Assembly: GCA_025201805.1 (NCBI GenBank)
Contig: MU619255.1
Coordinates: forward strand, 252,495 to 316,494
Direction of reading: 5' to 3'
DNA from: Parasitella parasitica NRRL 2501
Lineage: Eukaryota; Fungi; Mucoromycota
DNA length: 64,000 nucleotides
In this document: one piece after another, positions 25,094 through 39,084 of the stretch
Layout: each line of letters starts with the position of its first letter
Position numbering within the stretch: the stretch's first letter is position 1
Translations under genes and position numbers: made by a program
The notes under the pieces: model-generated
Told to the model about the DNA's origin: nothing
The model's input: the letters and a program-made list of their open reading frames with translations, nothing else
Database searches by the model: none

Positions 25094-26015
25094 ATGGTTT
25101 TGAAGCATAACAACCAGTTGCCTAACCAGCATTTCCGCAAGCAATGGGACCTTCGCGTTAAGACTTGGTTTGATCAAGCCGGTCGCAAGAAGTCTAGAAG
25201 AATCGCACGTGTCCAAAAGGCTGGTCGTATTGCTCCCAGACCCATTGATGGTCTTCTCCGTCCTGCTGTCCGTTGCCCTACTGTTCGTTACAACATGAAG
25301 TTGAGATCTGGCCGTGGTTTCACTCTCGAAGAACTCAAGGTTTGCGATTTTTTTTTTCTGGATCAAAGAAAAAAATATTAAAAAATTTATAATAGGAAGC
25401 TGGTGTCCGCCGTAAGGAAGCTCGTTCCATTGGTATTGCTGTTGACTTCCGTCGCCGTAACAAGTCTAATGAGTCTCTCGAACTTAACGTCCAACGTTTG
25501 AAGGCTTATAAGGCTAAGCTCATCGTTTTCCCCCGCAAGGCTGGCAATGCCAAGAAGGGTGATTCTGAGGTAATGTATAGCAAGAAGATGTGGATAAAAC
25601 ATGTGAAATGTCAGATGAAATGATGCCAAATATGGATATGTATCGTAGTTGAGTTGCTACACAACCGTTGCATTGATATGATGGTTCAGATCTGAGGGTA
25701 GAAAGTGATTATGAGGAAATTTTCTTGACATTTCGTACATGAATCGGTTGAATTCTCTTTGCAATTTAAGAAATGTAAATTAATCAATATTGTTTGTAGG
25801 CTGCCGAAGTTGCTTCTGCTGTTCAATTCCGTGGTCCTCTTTTCCCCGTTGAACAAATTGCAGCTGCCCCTGAAGCTCGTGCTATCACTGCTGAAGAGAA
25901 GGCTACCAACGCTTACATGAAGCTCCGTTATGCCCGCTCTGCTGCCCGTACTCTTGGTGCCCGTGAGAAGCGTGCTCGTGATAAGGCCGAGGAGGAGGCC
26001 AACAAGAAGAAATAA
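25094..26015 (+). CDS. RPL13: 60S ribosomal protein L13 (eL13)
   Basis: [39 protein letters not shown]; introns 25340-25395 and 25570-25799; strong codon bias. Confidence 0.98.
25605..25734 (+). ncRNA. Candidate intronic box C/D snoRNA in RPL13 intron 2
   Basis: 230-nt intron; C-like ATGATGC (25620), D box CTGA (25692), flanking 9-bp stem GAAATGTCA/TGACATTTC; target not established. Confidence 0.4.
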
Positions 26016-26732
26016 ATTAATTCATTAAAATAATCTATTTCTCATTTTTTCATTAAAAAATTGCTCTTTCATACTTTCTTTTTGTACTGAAAAAATGAAT
26101 TGTGCATATAACTGTAGTCGTTTGGGATCGAGAAATCAAAGGCTACTAAAGAAACTATAAATGCAGGTAGAAAACGTAAGTTATTCTATCCCAGGGTAAT
26201 AAACCATACCATTAAGGGCCTTGCAAATCTTTATGACAGCCATTATCTTACTGAGGATTATTATTTTAAAACTGTTATCTGCAACCTAGCATTGCTATTG
26301 AGCAAAATATGCCTTTTTTCTATCTTCCGCTATTTATAACCTTTTGGTCAATAAGCTATTTATGACCAATGTTTCTTAGCTTATTCTCTCCATTTTTACC
26401 CAAAACGTAGCATAAATTATGTCTAAAGTGCAGTTGCGGTATGTATGATATGCTCAACAACTTTTTATCATCTCATGTCCAGCATCTTTTTGCTAATTTT
26501 TGAGCTTTTCAAACAAAACAACGAAAAAGATCACCTAATTTCAAAGAGAGGTAGATTGAAAATTTTAACTCTTACCACATTCATTTTTAGAAATGAAACA
26601 GTTGAACATATGTTATGTAATTGAAGTGGAGCCATCATGACGGTAGGATTTTCGAAGTTGGCAATAAATTCCCCGCTTTTATGGGTATAAATAGCTCTTC
26701 AATCCATCTTTACCCCCACAGCCTGTTCAACT

Positions 26733-27532
26733 ATGAAGATGTCACATCCAAATACCGGTATGATTTTGAAAGATAATCATTACTCCGACTTGACAGATCA
26801 GGAAGTCAATCCACGTATACAATATGCTGAAAGGCCAATGATGGCATTTAGAGTCGTCGATGACTCCTTCTATTAGTGGGCAAAAATCACCCTATTATAA
26901 TTTAAATGCAAATGGCTCTTTTCTACTTACACCTCTTAGGTACAGCTCAACAAGAAAGTGAATATCAACAAAAGGCACTTTTACAAACCATGAATTTATG
27001 ACAAACGATACAATGGTACCTGTAAATTATAATCAGCAAGTATATTCCCCGTCCCCTTTACCATTGAGATATAGGCATGGTAATGAATTAGAAGAACAGC
27101 CAACGCGATCAAACCGAAACCATGCAGGAGGCAGTAGTGCTGGTGGCACCAAAATGACTGTCAACAAACGAGACAAGGCATTGGAGAGAAACCGACAAGG
27201 TATATACATACATTTGTTTGCTAATGTCATATTAACTCTCTTTATATATAGCTGCACTGAGATTTTGACAGCGAAAGAAGGAATGGCTAAAGCAGTTGCA
27301 GTCCAATGTTGATGTATTAACAAAAGAAAAAAACCGAGTTCTTGCGCAACAATCATTGTCACTCCCAGAAGAGATATTGAACCTGAAAGCAGTGCTGCTA
27401 GCGCACAGAGATTGCTTGCATGCACATTTAACTGCAAACAGTATCAATTTTGATAATTTACTGTATAGGTTGAGCAATAGTCCTAACTCTGCTGCTGCTA
27501 CAAATACATCACCTCATGCTACTCCACTTTAA
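26733..27532 (+). pseudogene. ATF/Atf1-type bZIP transcription factor, apparently inactivated
   Basis: KALERNRQ|AALRF*QRKKEWLKQLQ with in-frame TGA at 27266-27268, then zipper EEILNLKAVLLAHRDC; probable frameshift near 26995; 5' end uncertain. Confidence 0.75.
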
Positions 27533-27603
27533 AATACTTTGAATGTCTCGTTTGTAGATAATAATGTATAATTAATAAAGCAGCATTTTATTACTATTGC
27601 TAT

Positions 27604-28338
27604 TTATTTTGCCTGGTGAAACGACAAAACTCTTTTTAACTTCTTTGAGAGTGTCTTGCCTTTATTTGTTAATTTGGATGATTGTCGTCTTAAACTAGGC
27701 GTAGCAGGCGAAGCAGATTGATAATTGAATTTGTCTAAAAACATGCTCGTTCTACGTCCAAGGTTGCGAACTGAATCATCATTGATGCTTGATTTGGCTC
27801 TATGCAGTATGCGTTTCGGGGAGAACTTAGATGAAGGCGTAGATGGCGGTGTATTAATTTCTTCTTCGTCTTCATCATCTAGGTCAATATCATCATCGTA
27901 AAACTCACGCTCAATTGCTTTGGGCGGTTGAAGGCTCACTGGAGTTTCGGATTGATCTGTTGCCACAGAAGGCGATGGAATATTTAAGCTACTGCAAATG
28001 GATGGCTCTTGAAAGCTAACAGTTCGGGAGGCTGCGATGGAGACATGCTCGTCACTCGTTTGATGCACTTGCTCTTGTTCTTGTACTATTTCTTGGTCAC
28101 TATGAGACGAAATTAACTCTATTTAACGGCAAACATGTCAGTAAAAGTCCACAAACAGAAAAGGGGGAAATAGGAGAGTAATCTAACCTTCTGGAAGTTC
28201 CTGTGCCTGCTCCTGCTCCTGCTCCACTTCCGAAATTTGGTTTATTGGAGCGGTGGATTCTACAGGGTCAGTCACTACAATCGAGGAAGGACGGGACCAT
28301 ACTTGTTGTAAATAAAGTATTGAAGATACTCGCAGCAT
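27604..28338 (-). CDS. Hypothetical low-complexity protein
   Basis: Two in-frame exons (MLRVSSILYLQQVWSRPSS...ELPE | ELISSHSDQE...KLKRVLSFHQAK). Confidence 0.65.
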
Positions 28339-31077
28339 TTGTTTGTGTATATGTATGTATAAAGAAGAAGAGAAAGAGAAACAGAAACGAAAGAAGAATG
28401 AGAGAGAGATTTAAGGAGAAGTTATAAAAAAAGTTAAACTCGCAGGTATCAGCATCAATAGTAGCACCAACATCACCACCACCAGCAACAGCAGCAGCAT
28501 AGAAGCAGAAGTATCATCATACAAGCACTTTCCCTCTTATTATAAGTTAGGGCTCCAGGGGTTTTTATACTATAATTTACCTTTTTTCAGGGCGTGTCAC
28601 ATGGAATTACATTGTTAGAAATTATACTAAACTATACATCATATAATTACTCACTAATAGGGGCGTAATTTGCAAGTCAAACAATCAAATCTATACAAAA
28701 AAAGTGGTATTTTTAGCCTTAGTGATTGTTGATGCAAAACTGCGCATATGTAGAATCAATTGCCAACTGCATGCTGTCGATGTGGACGTGCAGAGTAGAA
28801 TACCACAACATCTCATTACAGTCATGATTTCGCCTATAATATATTCTGTGTTTTGTTTAATTTACTCCTTACTGTTGCGGTTTTCCCACTGCTAATTGAC
28901 TAAACTACTGAGCGATGAATCCAAGCATCTCTAAAACTACTGATTGAAAGAATGTAGTATCACATTTCCCCTCTGATTTGGTGTCCTTGTAATATGAACC
29001 AAATCAATCGTTTCAGCCTCACACCAACCGACCTGTACTTAGACAACTATGGTTTTGTAAATATTGTAAAGGCAATTTATGATGATGATGTTTTGTTTAC
29101 GATTCTATTCAGCCACACATTTATACACAAGCACAAACAAAAATTTCAAAACATTTGACATTTCCTTGTGGTTTATCACTATGTGGTACGTGGTATTGCT
29201 TTCTACTTTATCTTTTTTCTATGATAGTAATCTTACAAATTGACCCATCATATTCTTTAAATAAAATATTGACAATCAGGCAAACTGAATAGTCATATCG
29301 TCTATGTTTTTACGCTGGAAAAAGAGTTACGCTACCATTCATCTTTATGATCATCATTACTACTTAATTTTAGAATAAATTAAGTTACTACCCTGGAAAC
29401 GATATAAAAAGACTCACTTCTCAGACTTTTTGTCCAATATTTGCCTTTCTTTAAGCTTCTCAACTATTTTCGCTTGACATCTATGTCTCATCCTATTTTA
29501 AATATTATACCAACAATGCTAAGAAATTTATGTCTGGGTTCCCTTTTTGATATATTTTTATACGATTTGGAGATATATGTTTCAATCTAACAAGCAAACA
29601 CGTCAACCACTCCATTTATCCGTACTCCAACTTTTTTTAAGCGTGTATTCACATTGGCGTGCCTGCGCCTTTCTTTTTTCTTTAAAGCTGAACAAACTAT
29701 TACGGCAAAATTAATTAACGCTTCTCTTTATTAGCACATTATAATATGTGGATGTTTGACCTTAGTTTGAATTGAATTCTTCATTCGCTTGGTAATATCT
29801 ACTTGATCGGCTTTTGCTGTTTCTCAATCCCAATGCAGGGTATAAAGATTTAAAAAGAACAGACTATCGAAGTAGTTATGGCCCAATTGTGGGGAGTAGA
29901 TCATCTTTATTTCATAATCATGAAACTGTTGACGTTAATCTAAAACTGCAATAATAAATATGACTGTGGAAACTTTAACCTATTATGCTGTTATTTTGAT
30001 AATTGAAGATCTTTTCAAACTCTTGAGGTCTGCGCTACATCTATCCTAAAATCGTATAATAATTTATAAAAGCAACTACTTGAGACTAATGAGGAATTCA
30101 AAGATGAAGCAGATTTTTCAATACAGCAACATGCATGACATGTTATGTACTCTCTGGCGTACGGTGAATTTAATCAATTTGCATTGCAGAGTAGAATTTG
30201 CTTGTGACCAAATGATCAAAGTGCATATTAATATTCAGATTATTTTGAAAAATTGAAAAGAAACAATAATAATCCATAATTCTCTCCTCCCGTTACATCT
30301 AATGAGGAAATCAAGACGCTCGAACCATGTAATGCATTGTGTCTGCTCTCAAAAGCAGCTCTGATTCAACAAGAGCTAGTTTTTTTTAGTAAAATGGCTT
30401 TGTATGATATTACAATCCATCTTGACCAAGAGTTTTGTATTTATATGAAAATAGAGCAATTATATACCCATCTATAGCGTGTTTCAGCAATTTTTGATAA
30501 AGATATGGGGTAGAAAAGCGGTTGCTTAACCATACTTTTTCATGAGTCACCCCTCATCTTTCAAATCTAATATCGGAAAGATGCTTTCAAAAATTGATTC
30601 CTCATTATATTTAAAGTAAAAGCCTTAAATAACTGTAGTCTCAAGTGTATACTATTATATAGAGATTGCCTGTTAGGTTATTTTTGCCTTTTTTTTTTGT
30701 TCACGATTGGTGAGGGCTTTTCTTTTAAAGAATCGTTATCATATCAAGCTACTACTATGTCACAGACTATCGACATCTCACACTTACAGTATGATCATTA
30801 CGATTAGTAGCATTATATAAGAGTCATATTATTATAAGACATACGATGAAGTAGCATCTTAATTTGTGTTTAATACAACTTTACTGATTGATTGTATATT
30901 GAAACTAATATGTTTATTTTATATATATAAATTCAATGATGTGATAGAGAATGTAAAGGTTAGCGGACATTGTTTAAGCCGTGCTTTGGCTGCCCAGTTT
31001 TGTATGTCTGTATACGCAGTCTGCATTTTGACAGGTACCGTCGAAATTGCACTAACGTTATGTTTACAATGATGGAG

Positions 31078-32444
31078 TTAGGCATTCAAGCAACTAAAAA
31101 TTATATTATTCTACAACTTACGACTTGACGAGCATAATACTTGGGGTCTTTGGGATGGAGAAAGCCACAATTTTGAATTTGACAGTTGGCACCTTTATGG
31201 CATGGCAATAAAACTTTTGGTGGGATATTGGCATACTGTATAAAACAAGTTTGCTGAGGTGCAACAGTTAAAATATGAAGAAAAGGGCATACAGGATTGG
31301 CGCAATATGGATAAAATCTACAAGGAGATGGTATTCTAATTATAGGTTTTACAGAGATGGGTAATGTATCAACTTGAGGATGAACGAAACAGCATTCTGA
31401 TAATCTCTTTTGACAATGAGGAAAATCACTATATATACATATTCACATAATTATATGAATACAAGCATATAACATGGGATTAGTCGAGAAATGTGAATTC
31501 TGCTTACCGACAGACTTTCGTAGGATGAAAGAATTTGCACTGCGTATCGCTTTTGTTGCATTTTGGCCAATACTTACAACGTATTCTTTCAGTCTCATTT
31601 CGTAAAGGAATCTTCACAGGGCCCAAACGATCAAATACATTAAGTCTACTTTGCTTATGGTCACGACGGTGAGAATTACAGTTGCCAATACACAATTCGC
31701 TTGAACGAGAATAGCGTTCATAGTATGTAGCAGAGTAACGACGTTTATAGCGACTAGAAGACCTGTGAGCCTGACGATAAGGAGAGCGAGAACGACGTTT
31801 ATGGCTGTCTCGAGAACGAGAACGACGTCGATCAAAAGAAACATTTGGAGAACGAGAGCGACGACTAGATGAGTTACTTCGAGAGCGGAAGCGATTACCG
31901 CGAGCAATACTTTTTGAACGAGAACGTTCCGGAGTAGGGCTGCGCACAAGTGAAAATGATTTGGAGTCGATGGCTGGTTCCTTTGTGGATTCAAGCTCTT
32001 TTCTGCGTTCGAGGAACCATTCTGTGAGACTTAGATCTTGAATGAAGTGTCAGAGGTTTAGCATAGTTAGATAGGTTGGTTACGATAGTTACCGTAGTCA
32101 GATCCTACAACTACAGACATAAAATCATTTGAATATTCCTTCAATTTAATATATACAACGCTACTTACGATTTAGAAGATCATTATTGATTGATTCAGAA
32201 GGAGTTTCTGCTTGAATCATGGCCACAATGTTGTCCGAGAGTGTCTCATCTACGGTGTTTGCTGATTTAGTAAAGAGCCAAGTTTGTCAACTTGGTATTG
32301 TTACCTCCTGCATCACAGTAATCACTCTCTACAACCTTGTCATGAATTTCTTTCTAAAGCAATATCGATAGTATAAGGCAATTCGGCCAGCTCAATTGAT
32401 TTACTTGATGATACCTTTAACTTTTCCCAGAAACTAGCATCCAT
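31078..32444 (-). CDS. Nab2/ZC3H14-like poly(A)-binding protein (PWI-like, RS-rich, CCCH fingers)
   Basis: N-terminal DETLSDNIVAMI...LTEWF, RS-rich segment, NVFDRLG, tandem fingers CKYWPKC...CKFFHP, CRFYPYC, CHKGANC...CGFLHP; many short exons. Confidence 0.8.
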
Positions 32445-34190
32445 TTTGAAAATCACACAATCAAAAAAAGAAGAAGATGGAAAGAGAATGCAAGATTTTG
32501 AATAGCATGCCGTGTCAAAACTGGATTATGTGACGTGACCAGACGTGGCAACTCACGCCAAATGCAAGAAACAGTTGCATTAATTCTGTGCCAAGTAAAC
32601 GACGACTATCTTCTAATTGAATAACACTCAAAGATTTGGCTCATCAACAAACAATGTACGGTATACTTAAAATAAATTGCATCTATCTAGACAATTATTA
32701 CTCTCTTTTGCTGTAATTTTATAGTGATCTACATCACTTCATTTGAATTGACTTATCATCAATAGTTCAATCAGGCGTAAAGAATCAAATGTAGGATCAT
32801 TTCCAAGTGGTTATCTCGAAACTGAACATCGTATTACAGAAAAACGTTTCGAGCCTATAAATTTTATCATGACTTTGAAGTATTACATGGTATAAATCTA
32901 ACAGTAAATATTCAATCATCATCTTGTTGGATATTATGTGTTTAAAGAGAATTTGATAAAATTATCTGGCTTTCAACCTAAACATCAGATCAAAATAGTG
33001 ATACTATAAATTCAGGGGTAATTTTTGTTTCTTTGAAGAGACGGAAAGATTACACGAATCAAGCCCTTATGACAGCCACTTTTTCATGTAATTCGACAAA
33101 CAGAACCAAGTATGCATTAAGGGAATTTTTTTCAAAAGTTAATTTATTGATATTCTTCGCTAAAATGAAGTAGAGACTCTTATCTCATTCTTTGCGAGAA
33201 TCGTCATCCACATGTTGAATACACTATAATATGGGATAAAAGAAGCTAAGAAGGAGAAGATATCCAGACGCCATGCATATGACTTTTGCCTGTGCATTAT
33301 CCATAAACCCAGGGATACATGGTGATACAATTTCCGCCATGGGGAACTTTCCTATAGTACAAGACATAAAAATCGCCGTAAAACAAATCGAATCGATNNN
33401 NNNNNNNNNNNNTTTTTTTAGTAATTACTGTTTTGGGCAGCGTGATACAAGCTTAAATATCTCAATAAATGAATCGAAAAAGAACAAGAATGTCATCAAA
33501 GCACGACCAATAGTTTAAAAATTGCTTTAATTTGGTTACAACCATTTCCATAACTAAATTACAAAGAGCACTGACATTCGAAGGAAGTGAATAGCTGTAA
33601 ACCCACAAAAGATCCTTTTACGAAAGATAGCCAACATCGAACCCATCCCGATGCTTTCCATTTGTTTTTCTATTTTGTTAGTTGTGATTTGCTCTGCATT
33701 TAGTGCTCCATTTTAAATGTTGATTGATATGTAACATGGACCTACCCCTTTTTTTTTCAAAAACATGGACGTGGAACAGCACAAACAAGACATCAAATAT
33801 CTTTTAAACATGATTTGGAAGTGATCATTTGGTAAGCTTTTAAGTGCAATGTATTTCTGTATCAAAGGCCAAGGTCACTCGCTGGATTTATTCTTTTAGC
33901 GAGCTAGAAACTTTGAGCTTATTTTTGAGTAACCGCGATAATCGAGGCAAGGACCCCGCATCTTATTCGAAATAGTGTAGACTCAAGAAATAATGAAAAT
34001 AGAGATTTGATTTTGAATAAACTTACTTTATTTTCAAGTACAAAGGCTCTAAAAGGCCTTTAAAGATTTTAATTGAGAAAAAAACAATGGATGCTTTTTT
34101 AAAAATTACGTTTTTAAATATATAATATTACAAAAAATCGAGAAAATGGTGACAGAAAAAAAGTACAAAGAGTTGATCAGATCACGAAAC

Positions 34191-35315
34191 TTAGTACTTC
34201 TTACCGAACATCCAGACTTGGAGATAATCGTAACCAGAGAGGACACCAGCACCGGCAATAGCACGGAGAATGTTGGCACCAGCACCCTTGAAGAGAGACT
34301 TAGTACCTTCCTTGGCAACAATTTCACGGAAAGCGTGGAGGGAGGAGTCATACTTGACAGCGGAACCAGAGGTCATCATCATACGACGACGGATGGTATC
34401 AATAGGGTAAGAGGCTATAGTGAAGAATTAGGATCCAATGTAACTTAACTTTTACTCTTGAAATGATATAAAAATACAACATACCAAGACCGGAACCGGT
34501 AGTGACAGCCCAACCAAGAGCGAAAGTAGCGAGGAAAGAGCTTTGGAGATTCTCGGGGAGCAAAGGCTTGAGAGAATCGTAGAGACCAAAGTAGAGACCA
34601 CGGTAGACAATGATACCAACACAAGAGATGTTGAAACCACGGTACAAACCAGCGATACCGTCAGACTTGAGGGTCTGCTTGTAGACATCGACAAGACCCT
34701 TGAATTGACGCTCACCGCCCTTCTTGGCAGACTTGGCATCGTTAGCAAGACGAGTACGAGCATAATCCAAAGAGTAGACGCTATTATAATCATATTAGTC
34801 CATGCAGAAGAGTCTCAGGACAGGTGTAGCACTTACAAGAAAAGAGAAGCAGCACCAGCAGCACCACCGGAAGCCAAGTTACCGGCGAACCAGGCCCAAT
34901 AACCATCTCTGTTCTTATCCTTGTTGAACATACGCTTGAACTTGTCCTTGAAGGCAAAGTTCAAAGCTTGGGTAGGGAAGTAACGGATAACGTTAGCAGT
35001 GTTACCTCTCCAGAAAGAGACAGCACCCTCATCCTTCATGGTACGAGCGAAACAATCGCTGATACCCTTGTAAGGAGAAGCGAGACGACCTTGCTTGATC
35101 ATTTCATCTTGATTTTGGATCAAGAGCTTGATACGCTCGATAGGAGCAGCAGCGGTCTTGGAGACAGCAGCAGAAACACCACCCATAAGGAAATCCTAGA
35201 CAACGGGCAATGTTAATATCGTGGAACAGGCACGCAGACACGACTCTCGCTCTCCCAGCTACTGGATACTTACGATGATGAACTTGTTATTGTTCTTAGC
35301 GTCAGCACTGGCCAT
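34191..35315 (-). CDS. AAC: Mitochondrial ADP/ATP carrier
   Basis: [40 protein letters not shown] signature; four exons. Confidence 0.98.
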
Positions 35316-35538
35316 TTTTGATTATTTGAATACTTTTTAGATAAAGAAAAAGGAGAGGGGAGTAATCTAAGGAAAGAAAAGTTTTCAAATCCAAGAAATT
35401 TTAAATCCTTTTTATACTGTTGAACAACAACCAGGGGGGCGTGCAATGGTCTCTCAAACAGTCCCAAACGTTTTTGATGATGGAGAAATATATACGGGGA
35501 TCTTTTTATTTTTGGAGGGGTTCTGTGGAGATAAATTT

Positions 35539-36813
35539 TTAATGTTTTTGCCGTTTTCTTACCGCATCTTCATCAGAAGAAAACGAGTTTTTTTCTTCCT
35601 CTGGGTCATCATTCAATAAGCTTTGAAGCATGAGTCTTCGTCGACGTTTGGCAGCTTGATTTGCATCCACCATGTTTCTTAGCAAGTTGCCCTGTAACCC
35701 AAGGTTATGAGGTCCAATGATTGATTGGTGTACATGCTCAATCGATTTGAAATAGCGTACAGTCTAAATGGATACGAAACATCAATACCCAATGATTGTC
35801 TACTGCAAATGAACCTTACTTTAACATGGAGTTCCAATGTTGCATCTTCATCACATATAATCAATCCTTTTGGATGCATTTGTATCGCCGAAACTGTCCA
35901 CATATGATTAACGCCTTCCTCCAGACATTTTGATAATGCCAAACTCTTGTGAGCACCCGTAATGACCACGCACACCTCTCTTGCATCCATGACCGTGCTA
36001 TTGTTTTGTGCAAATTTAATTAGCACATTCCGAGAAAGAAAAAACTTATGAAACTCACGCAACGCCAACAGTCAATGCCAGTTTAGGAACCTTGGACACA
36101 TCACCATCAAAAAATCTAGCATTTGCAATAATTGTCTCATAGGCCAGTGTCTTCACTCTTGTTCTAGATGTCAATGACGATCCAGGTTCGTTAAATGCGA
36201 TATGTCCATCAGGCCCAATACCTACATAAACAGACATGTTTGGTTTTTGTGATTCATGCAAAGAAAGATACACACCTACCACCCAGAAACAGCTCAATGC
36301 CGCCCAGTTTTACGATATCTGCCTCGAATTTCGAACACTCATTGTCCAGGTCCTCAGAATTTCCATCTAAAATATGCACATTCTCTTGCTTTATGTCGAC
36401 ATGTTTAAATAAATGATTCCACATAAACGTATGATATGACTGAGGGTGGTCCCTATATTAATATCAACAATTTAGCAATATAAATATTTATGAACATTCA
36501 TTCCGAGCGTGCCTATTACCTTGGTAATCCCACATATTCGTCCATATTGAATGTAACTACGTGTTCAAAACTTAACTCTCCTGATTTATAGAAATCAACC
36601 AATTTATGATATACTCCAATAGGTGAAGATCCTGTCGGTAAACCTAAAACAAAAGGCCTTTCTGCAGACGGTTTAAATTGATTGATACGCTCCTTTACGT
36701 AATAGGCTATTTATACAGCCATGGTTACCACATATTGGATTTTTGTTGATTTAAATTGTTTTACCTGAATAAGCAGAGACTTCCTCGTAGTCTTGTCGCA
36801 CAATAAGACGCAT
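35539..36813 (-). CDS. NAG1: Glucosamine-6-phosphate deaminase (NagB/GNPDA)
   Basis: [51 protein letters not shown]; basic C-terminal extension. Confidence 0.96.
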
Positions 36814-37042
36814 AGTGAATTTTCCTTTAATATGCCTTTATTGTGATGGTGTGTATCGATTGACTTCTGCTGTGCTTTTCTTGATAATGAAGTTTAACAG
36901 AAAGAAAGAAAAGAAATGCTGGCTTGCTTTTCATTTGTTTCGTGAAAGGGAAAAATGAACTGGTGGACCCTGTAGCGCACATAGTCACGAGAGGTTCATC
37001 AATTTTTGCTGGTTTCGTTACATGTAAATTGAAGTTTCATGT

Positions 37043-38418
37043 TTATTTAGAGCGTCGTTTAATGTCATTATAATTAACTACTCTGCGAGATCGGCGACGA
37101 CGGATACGTTCATATCTGTAAAATAGATTTGCAATGTCCTATGTGATAATATTGATCAGCTGATTCAATTCGGCAGGTGTGCTATTTCGTAGTATTTACC
37201 TTTGCAATTACAAATAAACATCCACCTAGTACATTTCTTTGTAACGTTTCTGGAAAATGGCGTCTTATGAATTTAGAATGGCTCAGATAGCTATTTATAA
37301 AATTTAGTTGACGGTTCTACCAGGCAGCTACATCAACAAATATCTAACCTTCCTACAATGCTGCTAATGGTAGGCCAGAGCAATGCGCCTATCACAGTGA
37401 CACTCATATCACGACCTTCTCTACCGAATAAAACTTCTGTGTCTTGATCTGCGCTTCTATCTGTATTATCCTCAATGTCAATCTCATCCACTGCTGTTCT
37501 TCTTCTGGGCTGAGAAGGCCGATGATTTTCATTTGTATTTACATTGTTTATGCTGTTGTTGTTGTTATTGTTGCGAATCAACGATCGTGAGACTCTCTTT
37601 TGCAAGAGCGAATAAATGTTATTGTAAAATAATCTGACCCAAGGCAATAGACCAAACATAACAGCCGGAGATGGCGGCCATGTGATTCTCAATGGGTACG
37701 AGATGCCAGTAATACGTAACAATAATAACGTCGCAGCTGGCAACACATTGTCAGCCCATTTTGAACGAGACGCTATCAATGCAACAGGAATTGATGGTAA
37801 TCCGAGCCACGTTCGCCAAGTCCAGTACGCTGGATTGCCAATTAGTTTTTCTCCTTCCTTTGTGCCAAACAAAGTCAACACTGCATATGCGCCAAATGTA
37901 GTAGACGTAATCAACATGGAACACCCTAGACCCAATACGGTGATGTAAGGAGCAGCTGTATGTACAAGGCTGTCAACAATACTCATCAAAACAAGTGGTA
38001 TACTGTGAGTCTCGGATAACATGTATGTTGAGTTACATTGAGGACAAGACACTTTCTTCAATGGGGTATTCTTTTGGGTTTCTGCAATCCAATCCAGTAG
38101 ACATTGCTCGTGAGATACTAGTGAGCATTGACAGGGATTGACCCATCTTCCTTCAGAGTCTGTATCTTCTCCAAAACAAATCCAACAGCGCTTGTCATTG
38201 TTGGCATTATAGACGTTACTAGCGGCAGAAGCTGCAGTATTGTTGTAGTTATGAATAGTTGTAACGTTGGCACTACTCGAACTTCGACTGGTATTGGTGC
38301 TGGAATATTCTTCATCTTCTACAGATAGTTGGCTTTCATCTAAGCCTGAGATTGGCTGATACCCGTACAGGCCAGCTTCTTCAACGAGAGTTGAGCTTGG
38401 GCAGCGAAAATGTGACAT
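37043..38418 (-). CDS. RING-CH (RINGv) membrane E3 ligase, MARCH5-like
   Basis: CWICF...WVNPCQCSLVSHEQCLLDWI...CPQC, TM helices, GALLWPTISSIVG, LGGCLFVIAKD...RRV end. Confidence 0.88.
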
Positions 38419-39084
38419 ATGATTTATTGTTGGAAACGAGAGCAAAAAAAAAAAAAAGCTTAGATATTCGTGTGAAAAATACAAAACGGAATGCAAAGAA
38501 AAAAATATTGGAGATTTTCAGTGTTTTGCCAAAAAAATTGGGGTCTAATCCATTTTTTTAATTCTTCATGTTTGTTCTCCCATCAGACTCTCGTATTTAA
38601 AGTTATGGCGATCGAAGCCTTTTTTGGTGAAATCAGTAACAGCCATAGCTATCTAATGTTTCTAGCAAGAATATCTCTGCTTCGAAACTTAATTATACCA
38701 TCATATTGAGGAACGATACTTTTAAGATGCGATGATATGCTACGCAGTGGTTCTTCACAAGGATATACCGAATATCCGTATCATTTGATGCCATCATCAT
38801 TACCTTGAGCGTAAGGATAGATTAGTGTTGTGTTTTACATAGCTTCGGAATGAGTTTGGTGCGTGAATCGTACACATCACGAAAATAATATTTATTTTAC
38901 CAGATTCGTATTAACAAAACATAATTTCGAAACACTCGTTCAATACTGATAGTAAAAGGCAATGTTCTTGAAGTAATTGCCATTTTATTTAACAAAATAT
39001 AAAGATCAAGTAAACAAAACGCCTTTTAATTTTCTATATTTCCTTACGAAATCCTGTACATTATCTATATATTATTTCTAGTAA

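Noticed and set aside
27266-27268. In-frame TGA as selenocysteine
   Set aside because: It aligns to the conserved Arg, not the Cys position, of the bZIP basic region; no SECIS noticed; the locus has a second lesion.
34146-35216. Long plus-strand ORFs over the ADP/ATP carrier
   Set aside because: Antisense shadows caused by strong codon bias; the same applies to ORFs opposite RPL13, FIP1 and LSC1.
17752-38418. Metabolic or mitochondrial gene cluster (UreD, LSC1, AAC, NAG1, MARCH5-like)
   Set aside because: No shared pathway; no urease or other GlcNAc genes nearby; looks like ordinary gene order.
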